From the NCBI GenBank assembly GCA_050084985.1, contig JBITNC010000001.1, positions 126,294,001-126,358,000 on the forward strand: a DNA stretch of 64,000 nucleotides, in the 5' to 3' direction. A program made the translations under genes and the position numbers. The notes beneath the pieces were generated by a model. That model saw nothing but the letters and a program-made list of their open reading frames with translations. It ran no database searches and was not told where the DNA came from. Of the stretch, positions 1-13,317 are shown piece by piece (the stretch's first letter is position 1; every line of letters begins with the position of its first letter). This DNA is from Nageia nagi (taxonomy: Eukaryota; Plantae; Pinophyta).

Positions 1-843
1 AGAAGATTTACCATCAAAGGAAGCCAATTGAAGACTTGAAGACAACAATGAAAATCAAAACAATGAAATATAAGAAAGAAAATGATAAGGATGTTCCATT
101 AGGGATTAAAGAAATAGAGAACCTAAAATGATTGAATAATGAAGATCATGTTAAGGTTAAAGATATCCATGAGAAGATCAGAATGGTTGAGAAGTTTTAC
201 AAAAGGATATACAACATGAATTAAAAGATTTTGAAAACAAAATATTTCAAGTATCCAAATAAAATAGTTAGATGGAAAGTATGACAAGAAAAATTACCTC
301 CAATAAGACTTTTAGAGTAAAAATTAGGAGTAATAAGAAAGTACTATATGGAAAAGATAGTAAGATTTTCCTAAGAAATTGAACTAATTATGCCTAAAAT
401 AGTTAATAAATATTGGATCCCAAAGTGTGAATGGGAAAATAGGTTAGCCAAAAAGAAAATAGCATCATGATATAAATTTACTAAATGAAAAGGGTAGAAG
501 AGAATACCCTAAGAAATAAACATATCCAAATTAGATATTTAACTTGAAATTAATCTAACCTTTAGAGAAAAAAATGTTAGAATAAGGATAAATGTTGAAA
601 TAATATAACAATTCCATCATGAATTCATTCATTAAGGGAGATTATGATGTTTGAACTAAGGAAAATCCTTAAAAGCTTAGTGAATTGAAAGATAGTTAGA
701 TTGAGAATCCTAACTATGCATACTTATTCCTATAAATTTGGAATATTAAACAAGGTTATGAATACCAATATGGTTATTGGTAGACCTATTTTCTAAATAA
801 AGTTAAGATAAATTGAATAAGTTAGATAATTTTAAGAGACTCA

Positions 844-845
<2 letters not shown>

Positions 846-919
<74 letters not shown>
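846..919. repeat. (TA)37 microsatellite
   Basis: Perfect TA run; the paralogous site at 8725-8736 has only (TA)6. Confidence 0.97.
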
Positions 920-924
<5 letters not shown>

Positions 925-1434
925 ATATAATATAATCTAACATTGCTTAATCTGATCAATTTGCACATAACAAAGGATAAGAATTAATACCCTTTGAAAA
1001 TAGGTAGGTTTAAGGATGCAAAAATTTCATGATGATATCTTAAGGACCAAGTTAGGATCAAGAAAAGATATCTAAAGGAAAAGAGGAGTGATATAGCAAA
1101 CAACCTATGATTAAAAATATATACATATAAATTATGTTTACTATAGTGAGCAAAAATATAGGAATGATGCGATGAGAATTCCAACAAAGCATAAGAATTT
1201 TTTAAGTCTTAGAATAAATTAGTCAAGTTAGAAATAAACTTAAACTTTTCACCTGATTTTTCTAAGGTATTTTGTTTTAAGTTTAGAAAACTTGTGAAGA
1301 AGTTGTGTTATGTTCCATCATGTTTTGCTATGAATACTGTATGTTATGATAAAATGTGTTTCATTATTGTGTGTGTAAAATGAAATAAGAAAACTTCAAA
1401 CTATAGTAGTTAACACAAGGGACTATGTTAATAC

Positions 1435-1447
1435 AAGAGGGGAAGGA
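1435..1447 (+). promoter_or_regulatory. Polypurine tract (PPT)
   Basis: AAGAGGGGAAGGA abutting LTR start TGTCA; same motif at 9246-9258 and 9672-9684. Confidence 0.85.
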
Positions 1448-4278
1448 TGTCAAAACCCAACTCCCTTTTGTGGATTCCCTTACTAGATTTAGGACTATGT
1501 GGTATTTGTTAGTGTGAAATAAGAGAATATTGTGATGTTTTGTTTCATTTATAGTATTTTTATAAAATTGAATTAAAAATCATCTTATTAAAATATGATA
1601 TTATCTATCCTTCTTCCTACGATATACTATCAAGGTGTACATGTTGTGTTCTACAGGTGATAGTTAAGAAGGTAGGATGCTCATGGGTACAAAGGTGATA
1701 ACACAAGGTGGATCAAGGATTTGAAAAGAAGATATAATATGACCACTACTAAAAAGCTTCCAATTACCAAAACACATACAGTTACATGGGGCAATGATAA
1801 TTGAGAGGACCCCTAAAATTGTGTGTTGAATTTTTATTCTTGCTATTTATTTATTATGAAGATTATACCAAGGATCCCTTGATGAGAATGTTAGTAGGGG
1901 TAGGTTATTTATTACAATTTTCATACACTTAGATATTAATTTAATTAATTAAAAATTAATTCAATTAATAAGATTATGTGATGCTAGATTAATAATGATA
2001 ATAATAATAATATTTAAAAAATTAAAATAAAGTGATAAAATAAAAATAATTAGGGATAAGGTTAAAGAAAAGATAAGCTTAACACATGGTCAGATCGGGT
2101 TCAGTAATAACTAAGAATTAGATGTCATGAAAATAAAATATTATTATTTTATTAGAAAACCTAATTTTTTAAAAAAATTATAAATATACCCTTAGAGCTC
2201 ACATTTTGGAATGGATTGCAAGTGAGAAGCAATGCTTTAGAGAAATTGCAAGGTAAGGTAAGATCTAGGGTTTTTGAGGCTTATAGTAGTCTTAGAAAAA
2301 TTATTTGAAGATGCAAGGTTATGTTATTCAATTGGAAGGTCAACCATTTTACTTTGCAAATGATTTTTTTTTCATCATTCAAGGGTTTTGGATACCTTTC
2401 AAGAATTTGATCAATTTGATAGTGTTTAAGGACCATGTTTTTGATCTATTAGATTATAAACATTAAGTTTAATTTATTAATAAGTAATTAATAGGGTGAA
2501 TATAGAAAAGAATAAATTTACTCTAGTATAAAGGAAGGATTCCATGTTAATAATTAGTATGGAGATGAAGATTATCTTAAAAGATTAAAGAGATTTAGAT
2601 AACTAAAAAGGAAGATTTCAAGAAAAATAAATTATGTTAAAGGAAATCTATTTTTTTTTATCAATGCTAAAATAAATTAGGAAGGAAATGAATTTATGTA
2701 GAATCAATTTTGGATATATATTCTTTTCCAAAAATTAAATCTAGATTTGAGTATGTAATCGAGGAGATTCTTGGTATATTTTTATGTGACAACATCTTTT
2801 CTTATGTATTGAAAAAGCAATTGCATTAGGAAAAGAAAGTTGTTATGATCCAAGTATACACATGAGCTACCATGTACAATGAAGGTGGGTTCATACTTGT
2901 AAGCTATCCTTGCTTATTCAATTGATTGAGGTTATTGCTTCATATTTCAAAAAAGATACTTGTATCAATATTTTGGAAATATGTTAATAGAAAGATGATT
3001 TGTATGTTCTTGTATTACTATACATTACTATATAATGATAAAATGATGATGTATTATCTATATATACAATATGTAATATGAAGCCATGTATGGAATACCC
3101 TTATGACATATGGATGGTATTTTAATCATATTCTAGATGCAATGATGATGTGATAAATATGTTGTTGTGATGTTCATATTTCATTGTAAGATGGCAATGT
3201 GATGGACTATGATAATATTTATGATGTTCTTATAACATTTATGAAGAATATTAATTCATATTCATTATGAGCTTAATATGATAAGTTTATATTTCATTGT
3301 GAATGAATACTCTCAATTTTGCTAGATAAAAATTATTGTAAAGTTATATTCTATGAGATAATATAAAAGGAATTTATATTCCATGATGTTATGATAGATA
3401 AGGTACTTGCAATAATTATATTTATGTGTTGTTAGACTATTTGTGTAGAAATGTTATTTCTTGAGGAGGAGTAATAATATTTCTAATGAAATTAGTCATA
3501 AATGTCTTATGGTATACTTCTATAGTTGTGAGATGATAACCTAGTTGAAGTCCAAATCTACCAAAGTAAGAGTTAACATATATGGAAAAGATATAATAAA
3601 ATTAGGTGTGAGACTTAGTAATTATTACCTAGTATGTTGATAAAATCTTGGGAATTGGATATGAAACCTAGTTAAAACACTAAGTAGGATTTGAGCACTA
3701 TATTATGATATTAAGGAATTATTAGGTAGGATAATTCAAGAAAATCTCATGAGAATAAGCTATTATCAAATATGATAATTCAAGAAATTCTCTATACACA
3801 TGACTTCAAGATAAGAATAAGGATTATCAGGAAGGATAATCAAGGAATTATCAAGATTGGTCATGAAGGAACCTAAAGTACTTAAATTTATGATCTTGAT
3901 GATGGATTTGATTTGGGTAGGTTGAGATACCATCAATATGATATAATATTTCAAGATGAGTTGAATAACTGAGAAGGCTATTGTATCCAAAGATGAACAT
4001 TCTAGGTAAACCATTTAGGATGTTTTATGAGAAGGTTAAATATCAAGAGATAAATGGTGTTATCATCTAATGATGAGATTGTGAGTCATGAATGATGACA
4101 CTTAAAACTATTAAGTGATTTCAATATCATGATTCAAAAGTAGCTTCTAAACTTTCATAATTGAATATCCATGTGTATTTTTATATTGGTTAAGAAAAAA
4201 TGCACATTACATAAGAGTTAATTGGGATTAGAGTTAGTTTAGATTTGGTTTTAAAGGTGTAAAAATTGGGTCCTAATA
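1448..4278 (+). repeat. LTR (~2.8 kb) shared between two tandem internal regions
   Basis: Starts TGTCA after a PPT, ends TCCTAATA (decayed ...TGACA), followed by a PBS; paralogous to 9685-11671. Confidence 0.82.
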
Positions 4279-4280
4279 TT

Positions 4281-4292
4281 TGTTATCAGAGC
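4281..4292 (+). promoter_or_regulatory. Primer-binding site (tRNA-iMet)
   Basis: TGTTATCAGAGC, one mismatch to canonical TGGTATCAGAGC, 2 nt after the LTR end. Confidence 0.85.
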
Positions 4293-6367
4293 CTAGGTTT
4301 GTAGGTTCACATAAGATATCCTAAATTTTAACCAATAACTTTTATTAGTGGAAAAAAGATGGTATCTAGATAATTTGAGGGTAACTCATAATATTAACCT
4401 TTGGAATACCATTCCATGAGAATAAAAATGCTAATAGATATGAATAAGAAAGGTATGAAAATTGAACATAGTCTTGCTAGGGAAAGGAAGAACACTAACG
4501 TAACTAAGTTGTTTGGAAATGGTGATGGTAAGGAATACAAGAAGGTATGTGGTGCAAGAAGTTATAAATGTTTAAGAAGAAAAACATTGTTGGTAAAATA
4601 TACCAACATACCTTATGATTAACATTTGAGGTAAACCATAAGGTTATTTAACTAAGGTAAATGATGAGATATCGTAGTCCTCCAAGGAGATGGCCACTCA
4701 AGAATGGAAAAAACTTCAATAAGTTGGTATGAAAGAATAGTGCTTTTAATTGCACTAGTTCTAAGAGAAGGTTTTTGAAGAAAATAAAACTTCATACCTA
4801 TTACCAAATATACTTGATCAAACAAAATTAAAACCATAAAGAGGTTATGAAAATAGCTAGTATAAATATATTAGTTAAGAGATTTATCTAGTGATGAATA
4901 ACCTTGAGAAGGTTATGAAATAACTTAAGATTGATTTTTCTTAAATAAGAAATGAAATAATCTCAAGAATAAGTTTGTATGACTTTTAAAAAAAATCAAG
5001 TGTTAAAATTTTAATAATATCTTGATTATTTTTATGAAGAATAAGGAAATAGGAATAAATCAAGTAAATCAACCATGCTGATTCATTGATAAAGAGAACC
5101 TTATGGAATAGAAAACCAAAAAAATATTTTATTCCACCTTCAAGATGATATAGTTCAATAAGGGGATAATATATCAACAATCAATGGAGTTTTTCATCTA
5201 GAACAAGAGATTTGTATCATGTTGGTAGAATAAGAACAAGAAAGTCAAGTAAGATCTAGAAAAAGATACCTTCCTCCTCAAGAAAAAAGAAGAAATCAAC
5301 TTGCTTAAAGAAACATATATTTAAAAAATATAGGTTTTGAAACATGAGATGCATTAAGCCATCGTATCCATGCTACTGAATTCATATTTGATGAATACCT
5401 CCTAGGATAGAATGAAGATTATCATTCTAAATCAGATAACAAGTCAAATTTTGAAGAGATAATAGAGTACAAGTATAGTTTCTTGCTACTTGTTGAAGAA
5501 AATCTAGTACAATGAACTCCACTAAGCATTAAGGAATTGAACATTTGCATAATTATTGAGAGGTTGAATGCAAACGGTGCTAACATAAACATTGCAGATC
5601 TTAAGAACATTGAAAGGATTCAATATGTATTAGATATCCCTTGAAAGGAATGATGTAATGATTCATGAAAGTAGGATATATGAATAAATAAGTATTTTGT
5701 AAAGGAAATAAATGATTTTGTGCTCAATTCTCAACTAAAGAGAAGGATGTAAAAAAGTGAAGATCTAGTTTGAGTAGAAGATTTAGATCATTTTTATTAT
5801 ACTAAGAATAATTATGTATCAAGAATGGTTATGGTATGTAAGTAAAACCTTTAAGTAAGGTAAATAAATAAATAAAAAATTCAAGTTTGAATTTTGGAAA
5901 ATTATAAAGAACACATCTCTCCATATTTGAACCAAGTAAAGAATTTTCAAAGATTGGAAGGTGATAGAGAAGAAGATCTTTTAGTAAGCTAAAGACTTGA
6001 ACCTATTCCAAGGTAGTTTCCCTTAGTTTTAGAAAGTGATAGTTTAAACCATTCAATGTTGGTTTGAATTTTAAAAGATCTCAAAAAGAAAGTTCATTAC
6101 AAAGTTGAAGTTCAATGAAAGGATGATCCAACACCAAGGAAAGAAGAAATCAAAAATTTCAAGAAAATTCAACACCAACTTAGTTATGTTAAGTCACAAT
6201 TGATATGAAGAATAACTTTTAAGAAACAAATTCATAGTCATAGGTTCCTTTCAATTCATTTCAGTATGATTCAAAAATAGTAATAAAAGTTAAGAAGCTA
6301 AATAATGGTAAAAGTGATAAACCAAAGAATATGATCAAGAATTGCAAAAAAAAAAAAAAAACTTCTA

Positions 6368-6618
6368 GCCATGGAATTTATAGGAAAAAAATATGGTGAT
6401 ACTATTGAAGCTTGGGTGAAAAAACTTAAGATCTATTTTGATACTTGAAAACTATAACACCTATCAAAAAGATAGGTGGGTTGTTATACTACTTGAATAT
6501 TTAGCTTTAGAATGGTGGGATAACCTCATGAAAGATAGAAAGATAGAGACTAAATATGTGTTAAATAAGTTCATCATAGAAACACTTGATGAATTTTATA
6601 GAATCAAACAAATAAGTA
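6368..6618 (+). pseudogene. Retrotransposon gag (capsid-like) remnant
   Basis: Across a frameshift reads PMEFIGKKYGDTIEAWVKKLKIYF..ENYNTYQKDRWVVILLEYLALEWWDNL, the gypsy gag F-x-G...W...A-x-x-WW pattern. Confidence 0.7.
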
Positions 6619-7712
6619 GGAGTGAAACCAAGAAGTTTGGGCCATTTAAAGGGGAAATGGGGAAAATTGATGAAGTAAAAACTCAATGTTAGAAAAATTA
6701 GGATCCCAATTTAGGTTTGGGATCCAAACAAATATTGTGATCCTAATATTTAAAGCAAAAATATATACAAATATTAGGATCTCGATATATCAGGATCTAG
6801 AAACTAAATTAGGATCCCAATTTTAATTCATTAATATTGGGATTTTGATATTTGAATCTACAATTTTTCCTTAGATTTAGGCTCAAAAAAGGCTTGGTGA
6901 GCTAACAATTAGCCTTGGACTTGCAAGTATATGTTCATGGCAATTTTAATGGAAAATTTCAACTTCAACCATACATTTGATGGAGTTTTGGGTAGAAGTT
7001 TTTCATGAAATTAAAATCCATTATATATTAAAGAGTGTAGATTTCAAATATGTAATTTATTTTACAATTAGATAAGATTTTATATTTTTTAATTATTTTT
7101 TAGTAAAAGTGATCCATATAATTGAAATATGAGGGTCTCATATTTTCTTAATAAGTGTTATTTTTTGAGGAGTTGTGAAAAACAAATAGTATAGAGATAA
7201 TATTCATAGAATTATATATAAGAATAAAAAAAATGAAAAAAATATCAAGTTTAGATCAAATTATGGTTGATGGACATGAGCACTTTTTGAAAAAATAAAC
7301 ATGCTTGGTACAAAATTAATAAAAAAATATTGATCCAAAAATTATTGAAAAATATCCAAGATAAGCTCCAATGTGTTAGGTATCTTTTCCTAAAAATATT
7401 TTAAAAAATATCTTGATTTTAGTCAAATTATGGTGGATAGACACATGCATGGTATGGTCTATAAATATTTTTTAAAAAAAAACTAATTTTTGTTCATCCT
7501 ATTGAATTTTAAATTCTATGATCTAGGTATTGGAACAAATTATATATTTAAAAAACTATACTCTAAGAACTATATTTTCACCCAGTGATGTTTTTCATGA
7601 TTACATGTCTAAGCACTCTAATTTTTTAGATAAATCATACCCAAATTTGAAAATCAAGGAAAACACTTCCACTTTTTATCCTTAAAGTGGATCTAACTTC
7701 TTGCACCCACCC
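6619..7712. mobile_element. Non-autonomous TIR DNA transposon (MITE-like) inserted in gag
   Basis: Left end GGAGTGAAACCAAGAAGTTTGGGCCATTTAAAGG vs reverse complement of right end GGGTGGGTGCAAGAAGTTAGATCCACTTTAAGG; non-coding; cluster of GGATCC-like motifs at 6698-6860; no clean TSD. Confidence 0.6.
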
Positions 7713-8998
7713 ATAGGTTAGTTAAAGAAATCATAAGTAGTTGGTGAAAGTAATGAGGTATGATATCTCAAAAGTTACAATCAAGAAAGTCCATCAGCTT
7801 ATCAAAAGACCTTGAAGATAAAGAATTGTTGCTACTACAAGATTCTTTGGGAATCCATCCACTAATGTATATGTTAAGAAAAGAAGATTTTCTATTACAG
7901 GAAGCTACTTGAAGATTTGAAGACAACAATGAAAAGAAAATTAAGGAAATATAAGAAAGAAAATGATAATGATGTTCCATCAGGGATCAAAGAAATAATG
8001 AACCTAAAATGCTTGAATAATGAAGATCAAGTCAAGGTTAAAAATATCCATGATAAGATCAAAATGGCTAAGAAGTTTTACAAAAGGATATGTAGCATGA
8101 ATTAAAAGCTTTTGAAAAACAATATTTCAACTATTCAAATAAAATAGTTAGATAGAAAGTATGACAAGAAGAATTACCTCTAAGAAGACTTTTGGAGTAA
8201 AAGTTAGGAGTAATAAAAAAGTACTATATGGAAAAGATAGTAAGATTTTCCTAAGGAATTTAGGTATTATGCCAAAAAATTAATAAATATTAGATTCCAA
8301 ATTATGAATGGAAATATAGGTTAGCCAAAAAACAAAAATAGAATCCTGAGATAAATTTAGTAAAAGAAAAGGGTAGGAGAGAATACCCTAAGAAATAAAC
8401 ATATCCAAATTAGATATATACCTTGAAATTAATCTAACCTTTAGAGAAAAAAAGTTAAGAATAAGTATAAATGATGAAATAATATAACAATTCCATCATC
8501 AATTCATTCATTAAGGGAGATGATGAAGTTTGAACTAAGTCAAATCCTTAAAAGCTTAGTGAATTGAAAGATAGTAAGATTAAGAATCCTAACTATGCAT
8601 ACTTATTCCTAGAAATTTGGAATATTAAACAAGGTTATGAATGCTGAGATAGTTATTGGTAAAACTATTTATTAAAGAAAGTTAAGATAAATTGAATAAG
8701 TGACCTAAGTTTAAGAGACTCGCTTATATATATATAATAATAATAATAATAAATCTAAGACTATCTAATCTAGTCAATTTGAACATAACAAAGGGTAATA
8801 ATTAATACCCTTTGAAAATAGGTAGGGTAAAGGATGCAAGAATTTCATAATGATATCCTAAGGATCAAGTTAGGATCAAGAAAGATATATAAAGGAAAAG
8901 AGGAGTAATATAGCAAACAACCTACATTTAAAAAAAAAATATGAAAATTATATTTACTATAGTAACCAAAAATCTAAGAATGATGACATGAGAATTTC

Positions 8999-9850
8999 AA
9001 CAAAGCACAAGAATTTTTTAATGCTTAGAATAAATTAGTCAAATTAGAAATAAACTTAAACTTTCCACCTAATGTGTCTAAGGTATTTTGTTTAAAATCT
9101 AGGAACCTTGTGAAGATGTTGTGTTATGTTCTATCATGTTCTGATATGAATACCTTATGTTATAATAAAATGTGTTTCATTATTGTGTGTGTAAAATGAA
9201 ATAAGAGAACTTCAAACTAGTTAACACAAGGGACTATGTTAATCCAAGAGGGGAAGGATGTCATAGCCCAAATCTCCTTTGTGAATTCGCTTGCTAGATT
9301 TAGGACTATGTGGTATTTGTTTAGTGTGAAATAAGAGGATATTGTGATGTTTTATTTCACTTATAGCATTTTTATTGATTTGAAAATTATCTTATAAAAA
9401 TATGATATTATCCATCTTTCTTCAAGAATAAGATTTTTTTGACTCTTAGAATAAATTAGTCAAGTTAGAAATAAACTTAAACTCTACACCTAATTTGTCT
9501 AAGGTCTATTGTTTTAAATTTAGAAACTTTGTGAAGATGATGTGTTATGTTTCATCATATTTTGATATGAATACCTTATGTTATGATAAAACATGTTTCA
9601 TTATTGTGTGTTTAAAATTAAACAAGAGAACATCAAACCATAGTAGTTAACATATAGGATTGTGTTAATCCAAGAGGGGAAGGATGTCACATCACATCTC
9701 CTTGTTGTTGATTCCCTATCTAGATTTAGGACTATGTGGTATTTGTTTAGTGTGATATAAGAGGATAATATGATGCTTTATTACACTTTTAGCATTTTTA
9801 TGAAATTGATTTAAAAATAATCTTATGAAATTATGATATTATCTATCCTT
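8999..9850 (+). repeat. ~426-bp tandem duplication spanning 3'UTR-PPT-LTR start
   Basis: PPT+TGTCA occurs at 9259 and again at 9685; TTAGAATAAATTAGTCAA and the following 3'UTR occur at ~9025 and ~9445. Confidence 0.85.
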
Positions 9851-10278
9851 CTTCCTACAAGATACTATCAAGGTGTACATGTGTTCTGCAAGTGACAGGT
9901 AAGAAGGGGGGATGCTCATGGGTGCAAATATTATAACCCAAGGTGGATCAAGGATCTGAATAAAAGATCCAATATGAACACTACTAAAAAGCTTCCAATT
10001 AGTAAGACATATATAGTTACATGGGGTGATAATAATTGAGAGTCCCCCCTAGGATGTGTGTTGAATTTTTATTCTTGCTAGTTATCTATTGTAAAGATTC
10101 TACCAAGGATCCCCTGATGAGAATATTAGTAGGGATAGGTGATTTATTACACTTTTAGTACATTTAGATATTATTTAATTAATTAAAGATTAATTCAATT
10201 GATAAGATTATGTGATGCCAAATTAATTTAATTAATGTGATTTATTAAATTAGCAAATTTATAAAAATAATGCTTAAA

Positions 10279-10309
<31 letters not shown>

Positions 10310-11671
10310 TCTAAAAACTTAAATTAAATGAATAAAATAAAAAATAATTATGGATAAGCTTAAGGAGAAGTTAAGCTTGACACATGGTCGGATAGGGTTA
10401 AGTGATAACTAAGAATTAGATGTCGTGAAACTAAAATATTATTATTTTATTAGAAACCCTAATCTTTTGAAAAGTTAAAAATATACCCTTAAAGCTCACA
10501 TTTTGGAAGGAATTGAAAGTAATAAGTGGAGCTATAGAGAAATTGCAAGTTAAAACAAGAGCTAGGGTTTTTGAGGCTTAGGGTAGTCTTAGAAAAATCA
10601 CTTGAAGATGTAAGGTTATGCTTTTGAATTCAAAGGTCTACCATTTTGCTTTATGAAGGATGTTTTTTTTAGCATTGAAGGGTTTTGGAGTCCTTTGAGA
10701 ATTTGATCAATTTGATAGCATTTATAAGGTTGGTTCATTTTGATTTCTTAGTTAGGTCATATAGAAATGATATTATATATTTTTCTCTATAAGGATGAAA
10801 GAAAAATAATAGTTTCCACTTAGAAAGTAATGAAAATGTTACTTTGAATGTGGTGTTTTCAATAAATATTATAATTTAGGACTTATTTTGCCTTGACCTG
10901 GTTTATTTTTATTTGATTTGGTTATTTTGGTTTGATCCATTACAATTCAAATCTTGACTTGATTCTTTGATTAGAGCTAAGAATTTGGTCTTGTGTGAAA
11001 TCCATCATATTATTGAGTGAAAGTTTTCAAAAAAATATCATTATTATATTGGTAATAACTTAGTCATATGAAATCCAATTTAGATAAAATTTTGAGGGTA
11101 ATTAATGGACATGTATATGAACAAAACCTAGAAATGTTGTATTGATAAAATATGGAGAAAAAAATTAAGGCATTCTAATAAGGCAAACTTTTAACGACTA
11201 CATTTTTGATCTATTATATTATAGACATTAAGTTTAATTTATTAATCAATAATTAATATTATGAATATAAAAAATAATAAATTTACTCTAGTATAAAGGA
11301 AGGATTCCTTTTTAAGATACCATCAACAAGATAGAATGTTTCAAGATGGGTTGATTAAGTGAGAAGGCTATTGTCTCCTAAGATGAACATTCTAGGCAAG
11401 ACATTTAGAATATTTAACAAGAAGGTTAAATATCAAGAGATAAATGGTGTTATCATATAGTGATGAGATCACAAGTCAAGAATAATGACACTTGAAACCA
11501 TTAAGTGGTATCAATTTAACAATTCACAAGTAGCTTCTAAAATTTCATAATTGAATTTCCATGTGTATTTGTACATTATTTTAAAAATAATTATGATCAT
11601 TACATAAGGGTTTATTGGGATTGGAGTTATTTTAGAGTCTATTTTTAAGTTGTAAAAATCAAGTCTTGATA
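9685..11671 (+). repeat. 3' LTR of gag-only element
   Basis: TGTCAC...GTCTTGATA; paralog of 1448-4278 with an extra ~10725-11200 block and lacking the equivalent of ~2550-3925; includes (TAA)9 at 10281-10307. Confidence 0.82.
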
Positions 11672-11689
11672 ATGATTATGGCTCTTGTA

Positions 11690-13317
11690 TTTGTCAAAAT
11701 TCTAGTCTCCTTTATCTTTTAAAGAATTTGGAAATCTTGGCAACAAATGGTACCTTGGATTAAATGGAAGGGCTCTAGATTTCATAAAGGGATCTCTATT
11801 AATAAATTAAATATATGATGGTCTTCACAATTTCAACTTAATGGTATCCCTATAGCCTAGATTCAATGGGTGCATGCCTATAAATTTTTCAAATGAGGCA
11901 TTATTACTATTATAGATATTTTTGACAAGCACTCCAAGAATTGGATTCCTTGTGATCAATTCATGAATTCTTTTCACTTGAATGACTCAAACAAGGTCAT
12001 GTATGATATTATTATTAAGGTTACACCTATTTTAGATTTGTACAAAATTAGTGTAAAATCTTAGAATCCATGGTGTAAAGATTGGGGATGGTATCTTGAT
12101 ACCACTTTTCTTTACTATAGAGATACCTTGGGATACAATTGGCTTACTCCAATGTTGCCTATGGTTTTGTAGTTTAATAATAAATGGGATATAGTTTCCT
12201 AGAACACTAGGTGGAAGCAACACTTTAAAGCTACATGGACTTCATACAATGAATCAAATAATGCTTTTTTCATCTAGATTTTGCTTTACTAGACTCTCCC
12301 ATTAAGTTCTTTCCTTAAGTATCTTGGAGTCCCAAACCCTAGGTGTGCTTTTTGCAATGAACCTAAGGTCCATTATGCATGTATTTTGGTCTTATTCTAA
12401 GGCTATAATTTCTTAGAAATGGGTAGCTTCCTTTTTTTTCTCCATACATACCTTTATCATTTTCATGGTAGCATGCATTGGTAGGGGATTCTTTTACCCT
12501 CACCCTTCATCTGAAAACTGTTTGATAATTTTTTTGTTCCACATTTTCATTTCACATTTGGAAAACTAGAAATAAAGTGGTTTTCCAAGAAGCCATTCCT
12601 ATAATTCATTTTTTTCTACCTAACAAGATCAAGATATTTTTTGACATTTTGGTGCAAATTATTGATCAAGCTTAAAAGGTTGAGCTTGATTTATCCCATC
12701 TTTGTACTCTATTGGAGTATTGGGGCAATGCTCCTTATGATATTAATAAATTACCTCATAGTCTAACCTTTAAGGACCATTTGTGCTCTCATATAAGATG
12801 ATCTCACATGTTGCATTTATGATCACAATGTAATATTTAGACTTAGGATCGATCATCCCTTCCTTGGAAGCATTTGCATGATTCTAAGGCTAGCTATTCA
12901 TGACCTCCTATGGGATGGGACATGCAACCTCTAGGTGTCAATGCTCTAGGATGGAATGCTTTTCCACCTTCTACACTAACTAGCCAACAAGGGTGATCTC
13001 AACCTTTTTCTCCATAGCAAGCTTGAGGATGGGGTGATAAAGAAGCTAGCTTGCCTAGGACTAATGATGGTTGGGACCTTCACCCTCTACCATCTAATGA
13101 ATGGAATCATATGGTTCTTGTAAATGTGCCACCATAGGCTCTTCTCATTAGACTAATGCATGATTTGCTTTATTTTCTCAATATTCAATCATACGATTTT
13201 CTTAACCTATGATTAAGGTTAGGCATAAAGTTTTTGGGTTATGCTCTCTAGCACCCAAAAACTCCTTTTGTTGTAAAAGTTTGTTATTTTGATACAAGAA
13301 CTTTTCATCAAAAAAAT
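11690..13317 (+). mobile_element. L1-type LINE 3' remnant (zf-RVT region, short A tail)
   Basis: Decayed LPIK...CAFCNEP..IMHVFWSYSKA near 12295-12405 and HIWKTRNKVVF near 12555, typical of plant L1 ORF2 C-terminus; ends TTTTCATCAAAAAAA. Confidence 0.6.

Larger units (their letters stand above)
1..1447 (+). mobile_element. 3' part of internal region of non-autonomous LTR element (upstream tandem copy, truncated by window edge)
   Basis: Collinear paralog of ~7882-9258 (e.g. AGAAGATTT...GAAGACAACAATGAAAA; AAGAAAGAAAATGATAA); ends in polypurine tract AAGAGGGGAAGGA directly before TGTCA. Confidence 0.85.
1448..11671 (+). mobile_element. Non-autonomous gag-only Ty3/gypsy-type LTR retroelement (TR-GAG/LARD-like)
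   Basis: LTR-PBS-internal-PPT-LTR layout; the internal region has a gag remnant but no recognisable RT, RNase H or integrase motif. Confidence 0.72.

Noticed and set aside
1-800. Endogenous caulimovirid suggested by K/E-rich A-rich coding
   Set aside because: No movement protein, RT or coat motifs recognised; it lies within an LTR element before a PPT
2262-2275. CTAGGGTTT/AAACCCTAG motifs (also ~10562, ~14802, ~35361) as telomeric repeats
   Set aside because: Single telo-box-like occurrences common in plant TEs, not arrays
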